Virus record (IMG/VR): IMGVR_UViG_3300034102_002786 | Location: 18,413 to 82,412 of that record | Direction: 5' to 3' (one strand) | Source of the DNA: a virus | Taxonomy: Duplodnaviria; Heunggongvirae; Uroviricota; Caudoviricetes | Length of the DNA stretch: 64,000 nt | Part shown: piece by piece, positions 40,174 to 49,140 of the stretch | Layout of the letters: each line of letters opens with the position of its first letter | How positions within the stretch are numbered: position 1 is the first letter of the stretch | The notes under the pieces: generated by a model | Database searches by the model: none | What the model was told of the DNA's origin: nothing | Seen by the model: the letters and a program-made list of their open reading frames with translations, nothing else | Translations under genes and position numbers: made by a program

Positions 40174-40545
40174 ATGAACACAATTAAACAATATGGATTA
40201 GCAATACTTTGCGTTATATTTGGAACTATTGCTTTCCTAAACTATGCCCGATTCAAAGGTAGAGAATTGGAGATAGAACAATTAAGTAGAGATAATGAAA
40301 ATCTAAGACAACATATAATTACCTTAGATGAAAAAATAACCTTATTGGATAGTTATCCATACGAACATTCAGAAATAAAAAAAGAAAACAATGACAGAGT
40401 TACTGATTTTCCTAAACATAATGATTTTGGAAATTGTACTAAGTATAGACAATGCGGCTGTACTTGCGGCGATGGTAAAGGAGTTACCAAAAGACCAGCA
40501 AAAAAAGGCGCTGACTTACGGGATAGCGGGAGCATACCTTTTTAG
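40174..40545 (+). CDS. hypothetical small membrane protein; its 3' part overlaps terC in another frame
   Basis: N-terminal TM helix plus coiled coil up to ~40390; the remainder is probably frame-overlap read-through. Confidence 0.25.
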   Translation: MNTIKQYGLAILCVIFGTIAFLNYARFKGRELEIEQLSRDNENLRQHIITLDEKITLLDSYPYEHSEIKKENNDRVTDFPKHNDFGNCTKYRQCGCTCGDGKGVTKRPAKKGADLRDSGSIPF

Positions 40546-41041
40546 AGGATTAGCTTTACTATTCGCATCCGTTCTTATCAAATTGGTATGGTTGAAAGTA
40601 GCAGGTGGATTGTATCTTATGTACTTAGCATATAAAGCCCTATCTTCAAAAGTTGAGCAGGGTGGTGAGAGTAAGATGACAATTAAGATACCATTTCTAT
40701 CAGCACTTTGGTCTACTATCGTAGCAATTGAGATGATGGATTTAGTATTCAGTATTGATAATGTATTTGCCGCTGTAGCATTCACACCTAACTTATGGTT
40801 GATATGTGGTGGGGTATTCATTGGTATCCTTGCTATGAGATTTGCAACAACAAAGTTTGTGAAAGTGTTAGAGAAAAATCCTATATTGGAGAGAGTAGCA
40901 TATTGGGTAATTGGAGCATTGGGATTGAAGTTAGTATCATCATATTGGTTGCATGATTTGAATACTGAAAGCATAGATGCAGTATTCTCAATCTTAACTT
41001 TATTAGCGTTTATTATACCTTTAATTTTGAAGAAAAAATAA
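40391..41041 (+). CDS. TerC-family integral membrane protein
   Basis: LEIVLSIDNAAVLA and a second SIDNVFAAVA repeat are the TerC signature; multiple TM helices. Confidence 0.7.
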   Translation: MTELLIFLNIMILEIVLSIDNAAVLAAMVKELPKDQQKKALTYGIAGAYLFRGLALLFASVLIKLVWLKVAGGLYLMYLAYKALSSKVEQGGESKMTIKIPFLSALWSTIVAIEMMDLVFSIDNVFAAVAFTPNLWLICGGVFIGILAMRFATTKFVKVLEKNPILERVAYWVIGALGLKLVSSYWLHDLNTESIDAVFSILTLLAFIIPLILKKK

Positions 41042-41042
41042 T

Positions 41043-41801
41043 ATGGCTTTTGATATATCTAAAATGGTAATTATGGTAACCGGCACAACAATTGAGCCGT
41101 GGGACCAAAATTGGAAAGAATGTAGAAGGACTTGGGTAACTTCTTTGAGAAATATGGGATACCATGTTTACATAGCAATTGGTAACCCTGATTTGGAACA
41201 TTACTATAAAATAGAAGAAGATATAATTTGGTTTAAAGCAGATGATACAAAGTTGGGCTTATATGATAAATCAATTAGGTTACCAATAAAATGGATATTA
41301 GAAGAAACAGGATATGAATACTATTTCAGAATTGATTCAGATTCATTCGTTGCTCCTAAGAGATTTCATAATATGCTTATTCAAAATTTTAATGAAATAT
41401 CAAATATTGATTATATGGGTTGTTGTCATCCGAATGATGGTTGGAATCCATTTCATATTAATAGATACTATGTGTTAAAAAGCGGATATATAGCTAGTGG
41501 GTGTGGATATTTGGTTAGTAAAAAAGCAATGGAAATTGCACAAAGAGATATGAGAATAGTTGAAGACCCTTTGGATTGTACAATTGATGATTGGGTTTTG
41601 GGTAGAGCGATGTATGAAAACGGAATTTATCTATTGCATGATTCAAGAATATTATTTGAATCAAAGTATAAATCATTGGCATTAGACCCATATAACATAG
41701 GATTACCAGATATAGCTGAGCCGGAATCGCATTTGGCAATACAACATTATATGAATGGTCATATGGATGAAGCATTTGAAAAATTAGGATATAAAATATA
41801 A
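41043..41801 (+). CDS. DxD-motif glycosyltransferase-like protein, paralog B
   Basis: See 39420; the two paralogs flank terC. Confidence 0.45.
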   Translation: MAFDISKMVIMVTGTTIEPWDQNWKECRRTWVTSLRNMGYHVYIAIGNPDLEHYYKIEEDIIWFKADDTKLGLYDKSIRLPIKWILEETGYEYYFRIDSDSFVAPKRFHNMLIQNFNEISNIDYMGCCHPNDGWNPFHINRYYVLKSGYIASGCGYLVSKKAMEIAQRDMRIVEDPLDCTIDDWVLGRAMYENGIYLLHDSRILFESKYKSLALDPYNIGLPDIAEPESHLAIQHYMNGHMDEAFEKLGYKI

Positions 41802-41804
41802 GTT

Positions 41805-42050
41805 ATGCACAACCCCTTTTGTTACATCGGTTGCCACAACTGGGAATACCGAAAAGAAAAACATCCAGTTACAAATCACCCAATGGGTCTACCAACTATT
41901 AGAGTAGTAGTAAGAGAATGTAAATGGTGTGGGCATAGAGAGCATCATTCCCTTCCTAGAGTTGGAAAGAAATTTACTCTATGGAAATCATTTGATGATA
42001 TAAAGAGGGATGAATGTATAGATATTAAAAGAGTTAGAGATGAAATTTAG
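41805..42050 (+). CDS. small Cys/His-rich protein
   Basis: CYIGCHNW...CKWCGHREHH. Confidence 0.4.
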   Translation: MHNPFCYIGCHNWEYRKEKHPVTNHPMGLPTIRVVVRECKWCGHREHHSLPRVGKKFTLWKSFDDIKRDECIDIKRVRDEI

Positions 42051-42399
42051 AACGAGAAAATTAATAAAGCCCGGTGACCTAAATGCTAGAGGCACACTAT
42101 TTGGCGGACAGGTATTGAAGTGGATAGATGAAGAAGCATCCATATTTACAATATGCCAATTAGGTGAGCGAAGTATTGTTACAAAGGCAATGAGTGAAAT
42201 CAACTTTGTGGCATCTGCAAAAACTGGTGACATTATTGAGATAGGATGCGAGTTAGTACAATTTGGTACAACATCAGTTACAATTTCATGCGAAGTTCGA
42301 AATAAAGATACTAAGCAAACTATCATTAAAATTGATAAGATTGTATTTGTTGCGGTAGATGAAAACGGAAGACCAAAACCACATGGTATAATAAAATGA
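42040..42399 (+). CDS. hotdog-fold acyl-CoA thioesterase (YciA-like)
   Basis: GDLNARGTLFGGQVLKWIDEEASI matches the hotdog thioesterase core. Confidence 0.8.
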   Translation: MKFRTRKLIKPGDLNARGTLFGGQVLKWIDEEASIFTICQLGERSIVTKAMSEINFVASAKTGDIIEIGCELVQFGTTSVTISCEVRNKDTKQTIIKIDKIVFVAVDENGRPKPHGIIK

Positions 42400-42941
42400 G
42401 TAAATGGATTTGCCAATACTGCGGACAAGATACATCTGATGTAGATTATGATTACTTAGTTGGTAATAATCATTTAGCATGTATATTACTGGCTAATGAT
42501 GATAAAGGTGTGAAGATAGAAAATTGGAATAAGTTAGATAATAAAGTATTTGAGATAGCTGGAGTTCCTATGAGAGTATCCGGAACTCAAATATTAGAAT
42601 CACGTTATACCATTGATGTATATGAAATGGTGGATGGTGACCAGTTTGTGAGAGTAGATTTGTGGGCTGATAATATGGAACTGAGCGTTAAGATATTTCC
42701 GCCTAAACAATTTACAACAATACCAATTCATTTGGAAAGGTATGTAGTAAAGGAACACCTAAAAGACCCAACCATTTTTTTAAGTACTGTTGAGAGTTTA
42801 GTAATAACTGATACAGAGGTGAAGAATTTTCTAACATTTCTTAGGGATAGGCTTAATTCCAAAAATGGTAAAACCGGTATTGTAAGTCATGTCATTAATA
42901 ATGGTAGTACAATGACATTTGGTTCAGCAAGTCTTTGGTAA
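42396..42941 (+). CDS. hypothetical protein
   Basis: 181-aa ORF. Confidence 0.5.
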   Translation: MSKWICQYCGQDTSDVDYDYLVGNNHLACILLANDDKGVKIENWNKLDNKVFEIAGVPMRVSGTQILESRYTIDVYEMVDGDQFVRVDLWADNMELSVKIFPPKQFTTIPIHLERYVVKEHLKDPTIFLSTVESLVITDTEVKNFLTFLRDRLNSKNGKTGIVSHVINNGSTMTFGSASLW

Positions 42942-42968
42942 TCTCAGGAATTTTTCGTATATTTGTAA
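42931..42968 (+). promoter_or_regulatory. Bacteroidetes-type promoter (-33 TTTG at 42934-42937, -7 TATATTTG at 42958-42965)
   Basis: gtcTTTGgtaatctcaggaatttttcgTATATTTGtaaaATG. Confidence 0.55.
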
Positions 42969-42969
42969 A

Positions 42970-43320
42970 ATGAATTTTATAGTTGAATTTTGTAAGGGTG
43001 CGTTATATGGATTGGTGGCCCAAATTATTACTTTTGTACAATTACAAGGTAATATTAAATGGGGATTATTATCCAAATATCCAATATTGACGCTTTTAAC
43101 ATCAATACCAATGGCTTACCTATTTATGAAATCGGTAGAGCATTTTGTTGTTGCTTATAATGGTGAAATATGGCCTAGTAGATTAATAGGATTTGCAATA
43201 GGTATAATTGTATTTGCTATAATGAGTATCTTAATGTTTAAAGAACCAATAACTATGAAAACGTTTGTGTGTTTGATGTTGGCATGTTGCATATTGGGAG
43301 TTCAAATTTTTTGGAAATGA
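42970..43320 (+). CDS. membrane protein (3-4 TM helices)
   Basis: Start moved to the ATG at 42970 just downstream of the promoter; hydrophobic throughout. Confidence 0.45.
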   Translation: MNFIVEFCKGALYGLVAQIITFVQLQGNIKWGLLSKYPILTLLTSIPMAYLFMKSVEHFVVAYNGEIWPSRLIGFAIGIIVFAIMSILMFKEPITMKTFVCLMLACCILGVQIFWK

Positions 43321-43559
43321 TAATTAATATCTTACCGGATGAGTTAGAGCCGGAATTTGTAAATAGTTGGAAGATGGGACTCTTAAGAGAACCCTCTATT
43401 GATTATGCTACAAATGCCATACATTGTTTGTTTGAAGGTAATGATGTAATCGTTTTTAGATTTGATAAATATGGTTGGATAAATGATAATAGATACAACA
43501 CATATTTTGTATCAGCTGGAAATGCTGGTATAACAATACGAATAGAAAAAACTTTATAA
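43317..43559 (+). CDS. hypothetical protein
   Basis: Start at the internal ATG, with ATGA overlap on the upstream stop. Confidence 0.35.
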   Translation: MIINILPDELEPEFVNSWKMGLLREPSIDYATNAIHCLFEGNDVIVFRFDKYGWINDNRYNTYFVSAGNAGITIRIEKTL

Positions 43560-43591
43560 AAACCCAACTTTTTTAATTAAAATTAATATAT

Positions 43592-43753
43592 ATGAGTGGA
43601 TATACAATTTTCGGAATCATTTTAGTGGTAGTATCACTTTGGATGGCCTATGAAATTTGGAGAGCACCTTTAATGCAAGAGACAGAAGATGGTGGACTTC
43701 GAACAATAAGACCAACAAAGAAGTTAAGTGACTTATTTAAAAAGAAAAAGTAA
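43592..43753 (+). CDS. small membrane protein (53 aa)
   Basis: Hand-translated MSGYTIFGIILVVVSLWMAYEIW... Confidence 0.3.
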   Translation: MSGYTIFGIILVVVSLWMAYEIWRAPLMQETEDGGLRTIRPTKKLSDLFKKKK

Positions 43754-43754
43754 T

Positions 43755-44321
43755 ATGAAAGTACAAATTACAGATTCTTTTACTAAATCACTTAAAAGAC
43801 TAATATGGCATCAGCATTGGTTATACCGAACCTATGCCACCTTCCGATATGATATTCCACTCTTTGTAAAGAATGTGTGGAGATTCAGAAGGGAGTTATG
43901 GGACCATCAATGGTGGGATTATCGTTACACTTTGAATATGATGGAACGTTCTCTTATCATAATGGAAAAGGGAATGGGTACGAAGGGAATGGAAGTGAGC
44001 GAGACTAGAGAACCAAAAGTGAAATCTATGAGAAGGGCTTTGGAGTTACTTCGTAATAATAGAGAAGATAACTTTGTAGAAAGAGCTGAAGCTGAATTAG
44101 GTCCTATTACTAGATGGGATTGGGAATTGGATGAGGAAGGTGTAATGATTGATAGAGATACACCGGAACAAAAAGAACATAATCGTAACGTATTCAAAAG
44201 AGCACGTGAGATTGAAGATAGTGAGTGGAAAGAATTGTGGGAAATTTTTAAAGGCACTAAGAACTCAAAGAAGTACGGTAAAAATTATGATGGTACTGAT
44301 ATGAGAGCTTGGTGGGATTAA
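43755..44321 (+). CDS. hypothetical protein (Trp-rich)
   Basis: Start at the ATG after the upstream stop. Confidence 0.5.
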   Translation: MKVQITDSFTKSLKRLIWHQHWLYRTYATFRYDIPLFVKNVWRFRRELWDHQWWDYRYTLNMMERSLIIMEKGMGTKGMEVSETREPKVKSMRRALELLRNNREDNFVERAEAELGPITRWDWELDEEGVMIDRDTPEQKEHNRNVFKRAREIEDSEWKELWEIFKGTKNSKKYGKNYDGTDMRAWWD

Positions 44322-44348
44322 GCAAGGAAAAAACAAAAACAATAATAT

Positions 44349-44558
44349 ATGGTAACTTTGGGCTTAGTTACATTTATTGTTCTTTCTTGCGGTTTGTTAG
44401 CGTGGAGATGGGTAAGGGGTATTGACTACATGAAAGAAAATCATCCTGATTACAAAGGAGAAGATTTTCTGAATTGGGACAATGATGCTGATGTAACCAA
44501 AATTGCTGGTAGGGATGGATGGGATGATAATCTCGTTCACACCGAAGGTGATTTCTAA
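44349..44558 (+). CDS. hypothetical protein
   Basis: 69-aa ORF with an N-terminal TM helix. Confidence 0.4.
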   Translation: MVTLGLVTFIVLSCGLLAWRWVRGIDYMKENHPDYKGEDFLNWDNDADVTKIAGRDGWDDNLVHTEGDF

Positions 44559-44569
44559 GAGTAGACAGT

Positions 44570-44845
44570 ATGATGGAAACAATCGGATTTATTGGTAGCA
44601 TACTTTTAGCAGTATGTGGTATTCCAGAAGTGGTTCGCACTATTAAAGATAACAAATGTCATTTAGGATGGAACTTTTTGTTACTTTGGTTTGGTGGCGA
44701 ACTTTTCATGCTTACATATATTATACCAATGAAAGACCTTCCATTATTATTAAACTATGTATTCAATACGGCATTAGTAGGAATAATGCTATTTTATAAA
44801 ATCAAAAACACAAAATATGTTACCATTAAAAGAAGCAATCGCTGA
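44570..44845 (+). CDS. membrane protein
   Basis: 91-aa ORF with 2-3 TM helices. Confidence 0.45.
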   Translation: MMETIGFIGSILLAVCGIPEVVRTIKDNKCHLGWNFLLLWFGGELFMLTYIIPMKDLPLLLNYVFNTALVGIMLFYKIKNTKYVTIKRSNR

Positions 44846-45362
44846 GAAGCATTCGTTAGCAGAAAAAATGACATTCAATCAAAGAATGTTAAACGGAGAA
44901 TTGAGTAAAGAAGAATATATCGCATATCTTTGCCAACAATTAGGAATATTCGATGCGATAGAAAGAGGTAGAACACTACCACACCCATCCCTTAACAGAG
45001 TTGATAATATCTTAAAAGATATTCAAGAACTGATGGAAATTGGCGATGATGCTGGGTTGGAAATTGACCTTTTAGATTCAACTGAAAAATATTTTTTATA
45101 TATTAAATCATTATCGGATGAAGAAATACTTCCGCACATTTATCTTAACTACTTAGCCCTAATGTTTGGTGGGCAGATGATGAAATCAAAAGTTCCTGGT
45201 AATGGTAAGATGTATGAGTTCGATGGTGATATGAGGGAAGTTGCTGGAAGTATTAGAGCAATTCAAAAAGATGAATGGGCAGACGAAGCAAACAAAGCAT
45301 TAGATTACAATATAGCTATTTTTGATGAACTACAACGAATATCTGAATCAGCTGGCGAATAA
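44817..45362 (+). CDS. heme oxygenase
   Basis: LKEAIAEKHSLAEKMTFNQRMLNGELSKEEYIAYLCQQLGIFDAIE follows the heme-oxygenase proximal-helix pattern (K.H...E....L.G.....Y...L.Q.Y.I..A.E). Confidence 0.7.
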   Translation: MLPLKEAIAEKHSLAEKMTFNQRMLNGELSKEEYIAYLCQQLGIFDAIERGRTLPHPSLNRVDNILKDIQELMEIGDDAGLEIDLLDSTEKYFLYIKSLSDEEILPHIYLNYLALMFGGQMMKSKVPGNGKMYEFDGDMREVAGSIRAIQKDEWADEANKALDYNIAIFDELQRISESAGE

Positions 45363-45954
45363 GTTTCAACAAATGGTGTTAGCTGCACCTAAAGTTGGGA
45401 CTGTATTTACCGAAGACTTTGGATGGGTTAATCATCGTTACGAATCTTCCACATTTCGTTTGGCCCATATCGAAAGGTATTGGGATAAGAATATAGAAGT
45501 ACTTCACTTTACTACCTTTCCACACAAATGGAGTCCAGAACCTATATTTGGGTTTGATGTAATTTGTACTGAAAACAAAGTAACAGGATGTTATATGGAT
45601 TTGAGTCCGGGTCTGAAGGATTACCCATTTGATAATGGTATTGATTTTAAGGATAGGAAACCATTACCTGAATGGGCTACTGTATTTTCTGATAAGTTTA
45701 TAATGTTGAAGCCGGAAAGTAATGAAGAATTTATTCGTTTTTGTGATTGGGTGTTGGACAGATATGATTGGTATCTTAATTCTATCTTATGGATGGAAAA
45801 GAAAGTAGAAGATATTAATAGTGTAATAGAGAAGCAGAATATTTATTGTCAAATACAGGCAACAAACCCTCGAACATTTTCAGCATTAAAAGCTAAGATT
45901 GGTGAGGAAAAAGCTCGTTATTTTATGGAAAACATACTATTCCCAAAAATATGA
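45322..45954 (+). CDS. ferredoxin-dependent bilin reductase (PcyA/PebS/PcyX-like)
   Basis: LAHIERYWDKNIEVLHFTTFPHKWSPEPIFGFDVICTENKVTGCYMDLSP matches the FDBR core (AHVERY..K.DVLH.V.FP....LPIFG.D.V......S.AI.DLSP). Overlaps the heme-oxygenase gene by 41 nt; alternative start ATG at 45373. Confidence 0.7.
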   Translation: MMNYNEYLNQLANKFQQMVLAAPKVGTVFTEDFGWVNHRYESSTFRLAHIERYWDKNIEVLHFTTFPHKWSPEPIFGFDVICTENKVTGCYMDLSPGLKDYPFDNGIDFKDRKPLPEWATVFSDKFIMLKPESNEEFIRFCDWVLDRYDWYLNSILWMEKKVEDINSVIEKQNIYCQIQATNPRTFSALKAKIGEEKARYFMENILFPKI

Positions 45955-46316
45955 CACCAAAAAAAATATACATAGATTTTGGAACTCCCATAGAAGAATG
46001 GGCTGATAATAACAAAGGAGTAATTATGGATTCCATATATTCCAATGTATTTGATTTTGTAGAATCCGAAGAAGATGATAGAGTAGTACTTCAGGTATCA
46101 CCAAAGATACCACAAAGAAGAAGACCGGCGGCACTTAAAGAACCACCTATTAATGTGGATTTTATCATATCGAAGGACGATATTGATTTAACACTACGAA
46201 AGATGATGGAATATTATATTGAGGTGGAAGAATATGAAAGGTGTGCTGAAATCCAAAAGCTACAAAACGGAGAAAAAAAACCCAAAAAGAAAAGTAAAAA
46301 AGAGGCTTACTGGTAA
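45951..46316 (+). CDS. hypothetical protein
   Basis: 121-aa ORF with a Lys-rich C-terminus. Confidence 0.45.
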   Translation: MTPKKIYIDFGTPIEEWADNNKGVIMDSIYSNVFDFVESEEDDRVVLQVSPKIPQRRRPAALKEPPINVDFIISKDDIDLTLRKMMEYYIEVEEYERCAEIQKLQNGEKKPKKKSKKEAYW

Positions 46317-46343
46317 AAACTATATTTATACAAAAAATAAATA

Positions 46344-46799
46344 ATGTTCGTACCAAATCATTTGCATCTATTGGTAAAGGGATACTTAAAATCCCCACCA
46401 CAAACAGAAAAAGTGTTAAACATATGGTTTACACAATTGGTTGACAACGTAGGAATGAAAGTTGTTGCAGGTCCTACATCGGTTTATGTTAATGAACCGG
46501 GCAACGAAGGGATAACGGGAACGGTAACATTAGCAACATCGCATGCATCTATTCACGTTTGGGATAACGAAAATCCGGCTATGTTTCAATTTGATATTTA
46601 TAGTTGTTCGGATTTTAAACCAAAAGATGTACTAAACCATATAGATGATTGGTTTGGATTAACTGAAGCACATTGGCAGTTTATAGATAGAAACGGTAAA
46701 GATTTTAAAGTGATTGATTCGGGTCATTTTAAAAAGAGTGTTGTAAGAAAAATTACCGATGTATTTAAAACGAAAAAAGTAGTTGATGAACTTGGATGA
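46344..46799 (+). CDS. speD: S-adenosylmethionine decarboxylase proenzyme (SpeH/class 1 AdoMetDC)
   Basis: GPTSVYVNEPGNEGITGTVTLATSHASIHVWDNE carries the pyruvoyl-forming Ser region typical of small AdoMetDC. Confidence 0.7.
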   Translation: MFVPNHLHLLVKGYLKSPPQTEKVLNIWFTQLVDNVGMKVVAGPTSVYVNEPGNEGITGTVTLATSHASIHVWDNENPAMFQFDIYSCSDFKPKDVLNHIDDWFGLTEAHWQFIDRNGKDFKVIDSGHFKKSVVRKITDVFKTKKVVDELG

Positions 46800-47430
46800 T
46801 ATTAAATATGGTAATACAACTAAAGAACAGGAGCAGAAGGTAAGAGAAGACCGTTCCGGTATCATCAAAGACTGCGAAGAAACTGGTATCATCAAAGATG
46901 TATTAGAAAATCATCCATTTCCCAAAAATTCATCCGAAGAAACTAAAAACGAGTTAGATTATTTGTTAAGAATTACAAAAGAAGCATCCGAAGAAGATTT
47001 AAAATTTTGTAAGTTAATAGAAACCAATCACTATGATTTCTTTGTTATAGTTGGAAAAAAGCTGGGATTAGATGTTAGCAAGGAAGAAATACTAAAATGG
47101 GTTGGTGATGTGGACCCGATTCTATTTTACCTTAAAGATAAGTTCAATAGACCAAGGCCATATCAATTGGCAAAGGAACTAAACTTACCACTTTATCCAA
47201 TAACCGCATCTGATGCAAATTCAGCAGCATATCCATCTGGTCATACTTTAGATTTTTTAGTAATATTATATCATTTTGGAAAAATGAAGCCGGAAATTGC
47301 GGATGAAGTAGATGACTTTTATCATCAAATAAAAAGAGTAAGAGAATTGAGTGGATTACATTATCCATCTGATAGAAAAGTATCTGAATATTTATTTAAG
47401 CAGTTAGTTAAGAATAAATTAATAAAATAA
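46783..47430 (+). CDS. PAP2-superfamily phosphatase
   Basis: KDKFNRPRP, PSGH and SGLHYPSD are PAP2 motifs 1-3. Confidence 0.7.
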   Translation: MMNLDDIKYGNTTKEQEQKVREDRSGIIKDCEETGIIKDVLENHPFPKNSSEETKNELDYLLRITKEASEEDLKFCKLIETNHYDFFVIVGKKLGLDVSKEEILKWVGDVDPILFYLKDKFNRPRPYQLAKELNLPLYPITASDANSAAYPSGHTLDFLVILYHFGKMKPEIADEVDDFYHQIKRVRELSGLHYPSDRKVSEYLFKQLVKNKLIK

Positions 47431-47469
47431 GTTACAAACCTTAACGAAAGAAACCATATATGGACGACG

Positions 47470-47718
47470 GTGACAGTGAAAAAAACAATCAAAAAATTAG
47501 AAAACAAAGAGAGCAGATTGATGCTCTATCGCGATACATCATTGATGCTGGCAATGTTTTTTCTACCTTTGGGGTACGATGCACTGTTCAAGCTATTGAT
47601 GGATATAACAGGCTCATATTGGGGAGCAGACGTGGTCTTTTACTCAATTTCAGGCTGCTTTTGGTTGGCATATATATTGTTTACCAAACGTTTAAATAAA
47701 TTTGGAAAATCCGAATAA
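47470..47718 (+). CDS. small membrane protein
   Basis: 82-aa ORF; an alternative-frame ORF at 47460..47699 also exists. Confidence 0.35.
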   Translation: MTVKKTIKKLENKESRLMLYRDTSLMLAMFFLPLGYDALFKLLMDITGSYWGADVVFYSISGCFWLAYILFTKRLNKFGKSE

Positions 47719-47735
47719 ATTTAGTATCTTTGTAT
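47701..47735 (+). promoter_or_regulatory. Bacteroidetes-type promoter (-33 TTTG at 47701-47704, -7 TATCTTTG at 47725-47732)
   Basis: TTTGgaaaatccgaataaatttagTATCTTTGtatag. Confidence 0.55.
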
Positions 47736-47737
47736 AG

Positions 47738-47971
47738 ATGGAAATCAACGAAAACATATTAAAACTTAAACTTAAAGAATCCGAATTAAAGGAAGAATTA
47801 GCAAGTGCTGAAGCTCACATACCTGTAAATAATATGGGTAAATGGGCTCGTCAAACTAAAATTGACCGTATTTCGGAAAGACTAAAGAAGGTGCAAGAAA
47901 AAATCCATTTTCACGATTCTATATATTTATCTAATGAAATATACAATGAATGGAAAAAGGATGTAAAGTAG
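47738..47971 (+). CDS. hypothetical coiled-coil protein
   Basis: 77-aa ORF. Confidence 0.4.
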   Translation: MEINENILKLKLKESELKEELASAEAHIPVNNMGKWARQTKIDRISERLKKVQEKIHFHDSIYLSNEIYNEWKKDVK

Positions 47972-48636
47972 TACGTTTGGATGAAGCTTCTTTAGGTAGA
48001 GTTCTCCAACACATTCAGGGCAAAAAGAGTGTGAAAAATTGGGGTATGCTTACCGCATATAGATATTCTAATACTCCAAACCAAAATAAAAAACTTAATA
48101 AAGAATTAGAAGCTGAATTAAGGCAGATGGGGCATGGATTCTTTAAAGTAGAAGGTCATTGGGTTGAGTGCCAGGATGGTAACCTATCATACGAAGATTG
48201 TCCGAAGAACTTACTAAAAGATGCTATCGAAGAATCACTTTTCGTTCCAAATATTTCAGCAAAAGATATTCACAACTTAGGTAAAAAATACGGACAGGAT
48301 GCGGTTATCTTTGGTGGTGAACAAACTAAAGGAAACGCAACTCTTATATTCAAAGATGGTAAGGTAGAAAATATTGGTAAGTTTTCTCCTGATAAAATAC
48401 AACAAGCTTATTCAAAACTAAAAGGCGGAAAAACTTTTGTATTTAAGCCAGAAGAACCTAAAGTTTCTGATGATGAAACAAAGTTAATGCATTTATTACC
48501 AAAAGATATTTTAGACAAAACTATTAAAAATCCAGCAACAGGAAATATGATTAAAGTTAAATCAGCTTTAGCATACGATGAGAAACACCCTGTATTTAAG
48601 GCAGCTCAAACATTTGTTGCACAATCTAAAAAATAA
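47950..48636 (+). CDS. hypothetical protein
   Basis: 228-aa ORF. Confidence 0.5.
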   Translation: MEKGCKVVRLDEASLGRVLQHIQGKKSVKNWGMLTAYRYSNTPNQNKKLNKELEAELRQMGHGFFKVEGHWVECQDGNLSYEDCPKNLLKDAIEESLFVPNISAKDIHNLGKKYGQDAVIFGGEQTKGNATLIFKDGKVENIGKFSPDKIQQAYSKLKGGKTFVFKPEEPKVSDDETKLMHLLPKDILDKTIKNPATGNMIKVKSALAYDEKHPVFKAAQTFVAQSKK

Positions 48637-48637
48637 A

Positions 48638-48672
48638 TTTGGCGGATTCGTATCTTTTTAGTATATTTGTAT
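48638..48672 (+). promoter_or_regulatory. Bacteroidetes-type promoter (-7 TATATTTG at 48662-48669)
   Basis: aaTTTGgcggattcgtatctttttagTATATTTGtat. Confidence 0.45.
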
Positions 48673-48748
48673 ATACTTATTAATTCTATGTGTATAACTC
48701 ATTGATTCTGAGGCATTTATGAAAGTTATCCACATTTAGAAAAAAAGA

Positions 48749-48782
48749 TTTGGTAGTTTGAAAAATTATTTGTATCTTTACA
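48749..48782 (+). promoter_or_regulatory. tandem promoter copy P1 (-33 TTTG at 48749-48752, -7 TATCTTTA at 48773-48780), immediately upstream of the first tRNA
   Basis: aaaaaagaTTTGgtagtttgaaaaattatttgTATCTTTAcaaagtt. Confidence 0.6.
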
Positions 48783-48806
48783 AAGTTCTTTTAAATAATA
48801 TAATAT

Positions 48807-48878
48807 TGTGGGGTAGAGCAGAGGTAGCTCGCAAGGCTCATAACCTTGAGGCCGTTGGTTCGAATCCTTCCCCCGCAA
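48807..48878 (+). tRNA. tRNA-Met-like (anticodon CAT), copy 1; the T-stem has two T-T mismatches
   Basis: Acceptor TGTGGGG/CCCCGCA, D-stem GAGC/GCTC, anticodon stem CAAGG/CCTTG with loop CTCATAA, T-loop TTCGAAT. The acceptor is identical to the tRNA at 52002. Confidence 0.55.
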
Positions 48879-48887
48879 CAAAAAAGA

Positions 48888-48921
48888 TTTGGTAGTTTGA
48901 AAAAATTATCGTATCTTTACA
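48888..48921 (+). promoter_or_regulatory. tandem promoter copy P2
   Basis: aaaaagaTTTGgtagtttgaaaaaattatcgTATCTTTAcaaagtt. Confidence 0.55.
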
Positions 48922-49040
48922 AAGTTAAGGTTGAAGCCATCAACTAATAAAACCGATTGAGTGACTCGTTAAACATTAGTTTCGTTAGAGTGAAAAGAAA
49001 CTACAAAGCCGGATACTTTAACTAACTAATTAAAAAAAGA

Positions 49041-49074
49041 TTTGGTAGTTTGAAAAAATTATCGTATCTTTACT
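49041..49074 (+). promoter_or_regulatory. tandem promoter copy P3
   Basis: aaaaagaTTTGgtagtttgaaaaaattatcgTATCTTTActaagatt. Confidence 0.55.
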
Positions 49075-49140
49075 AAGATTCAAAAATAAAGTAGTTGATT
49101 GGTTCGCCAGAAAACAAAATTGAGAATCTTTAAAAAAAGT

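Noticed and set aside
47460-47699. Alternative-frame ORF overlapping the 47470..47718 small membrane ORF
   Set aside because: The two frames cannot both be confidently coding. Only the hydrophobic one is kept, at low confidence.
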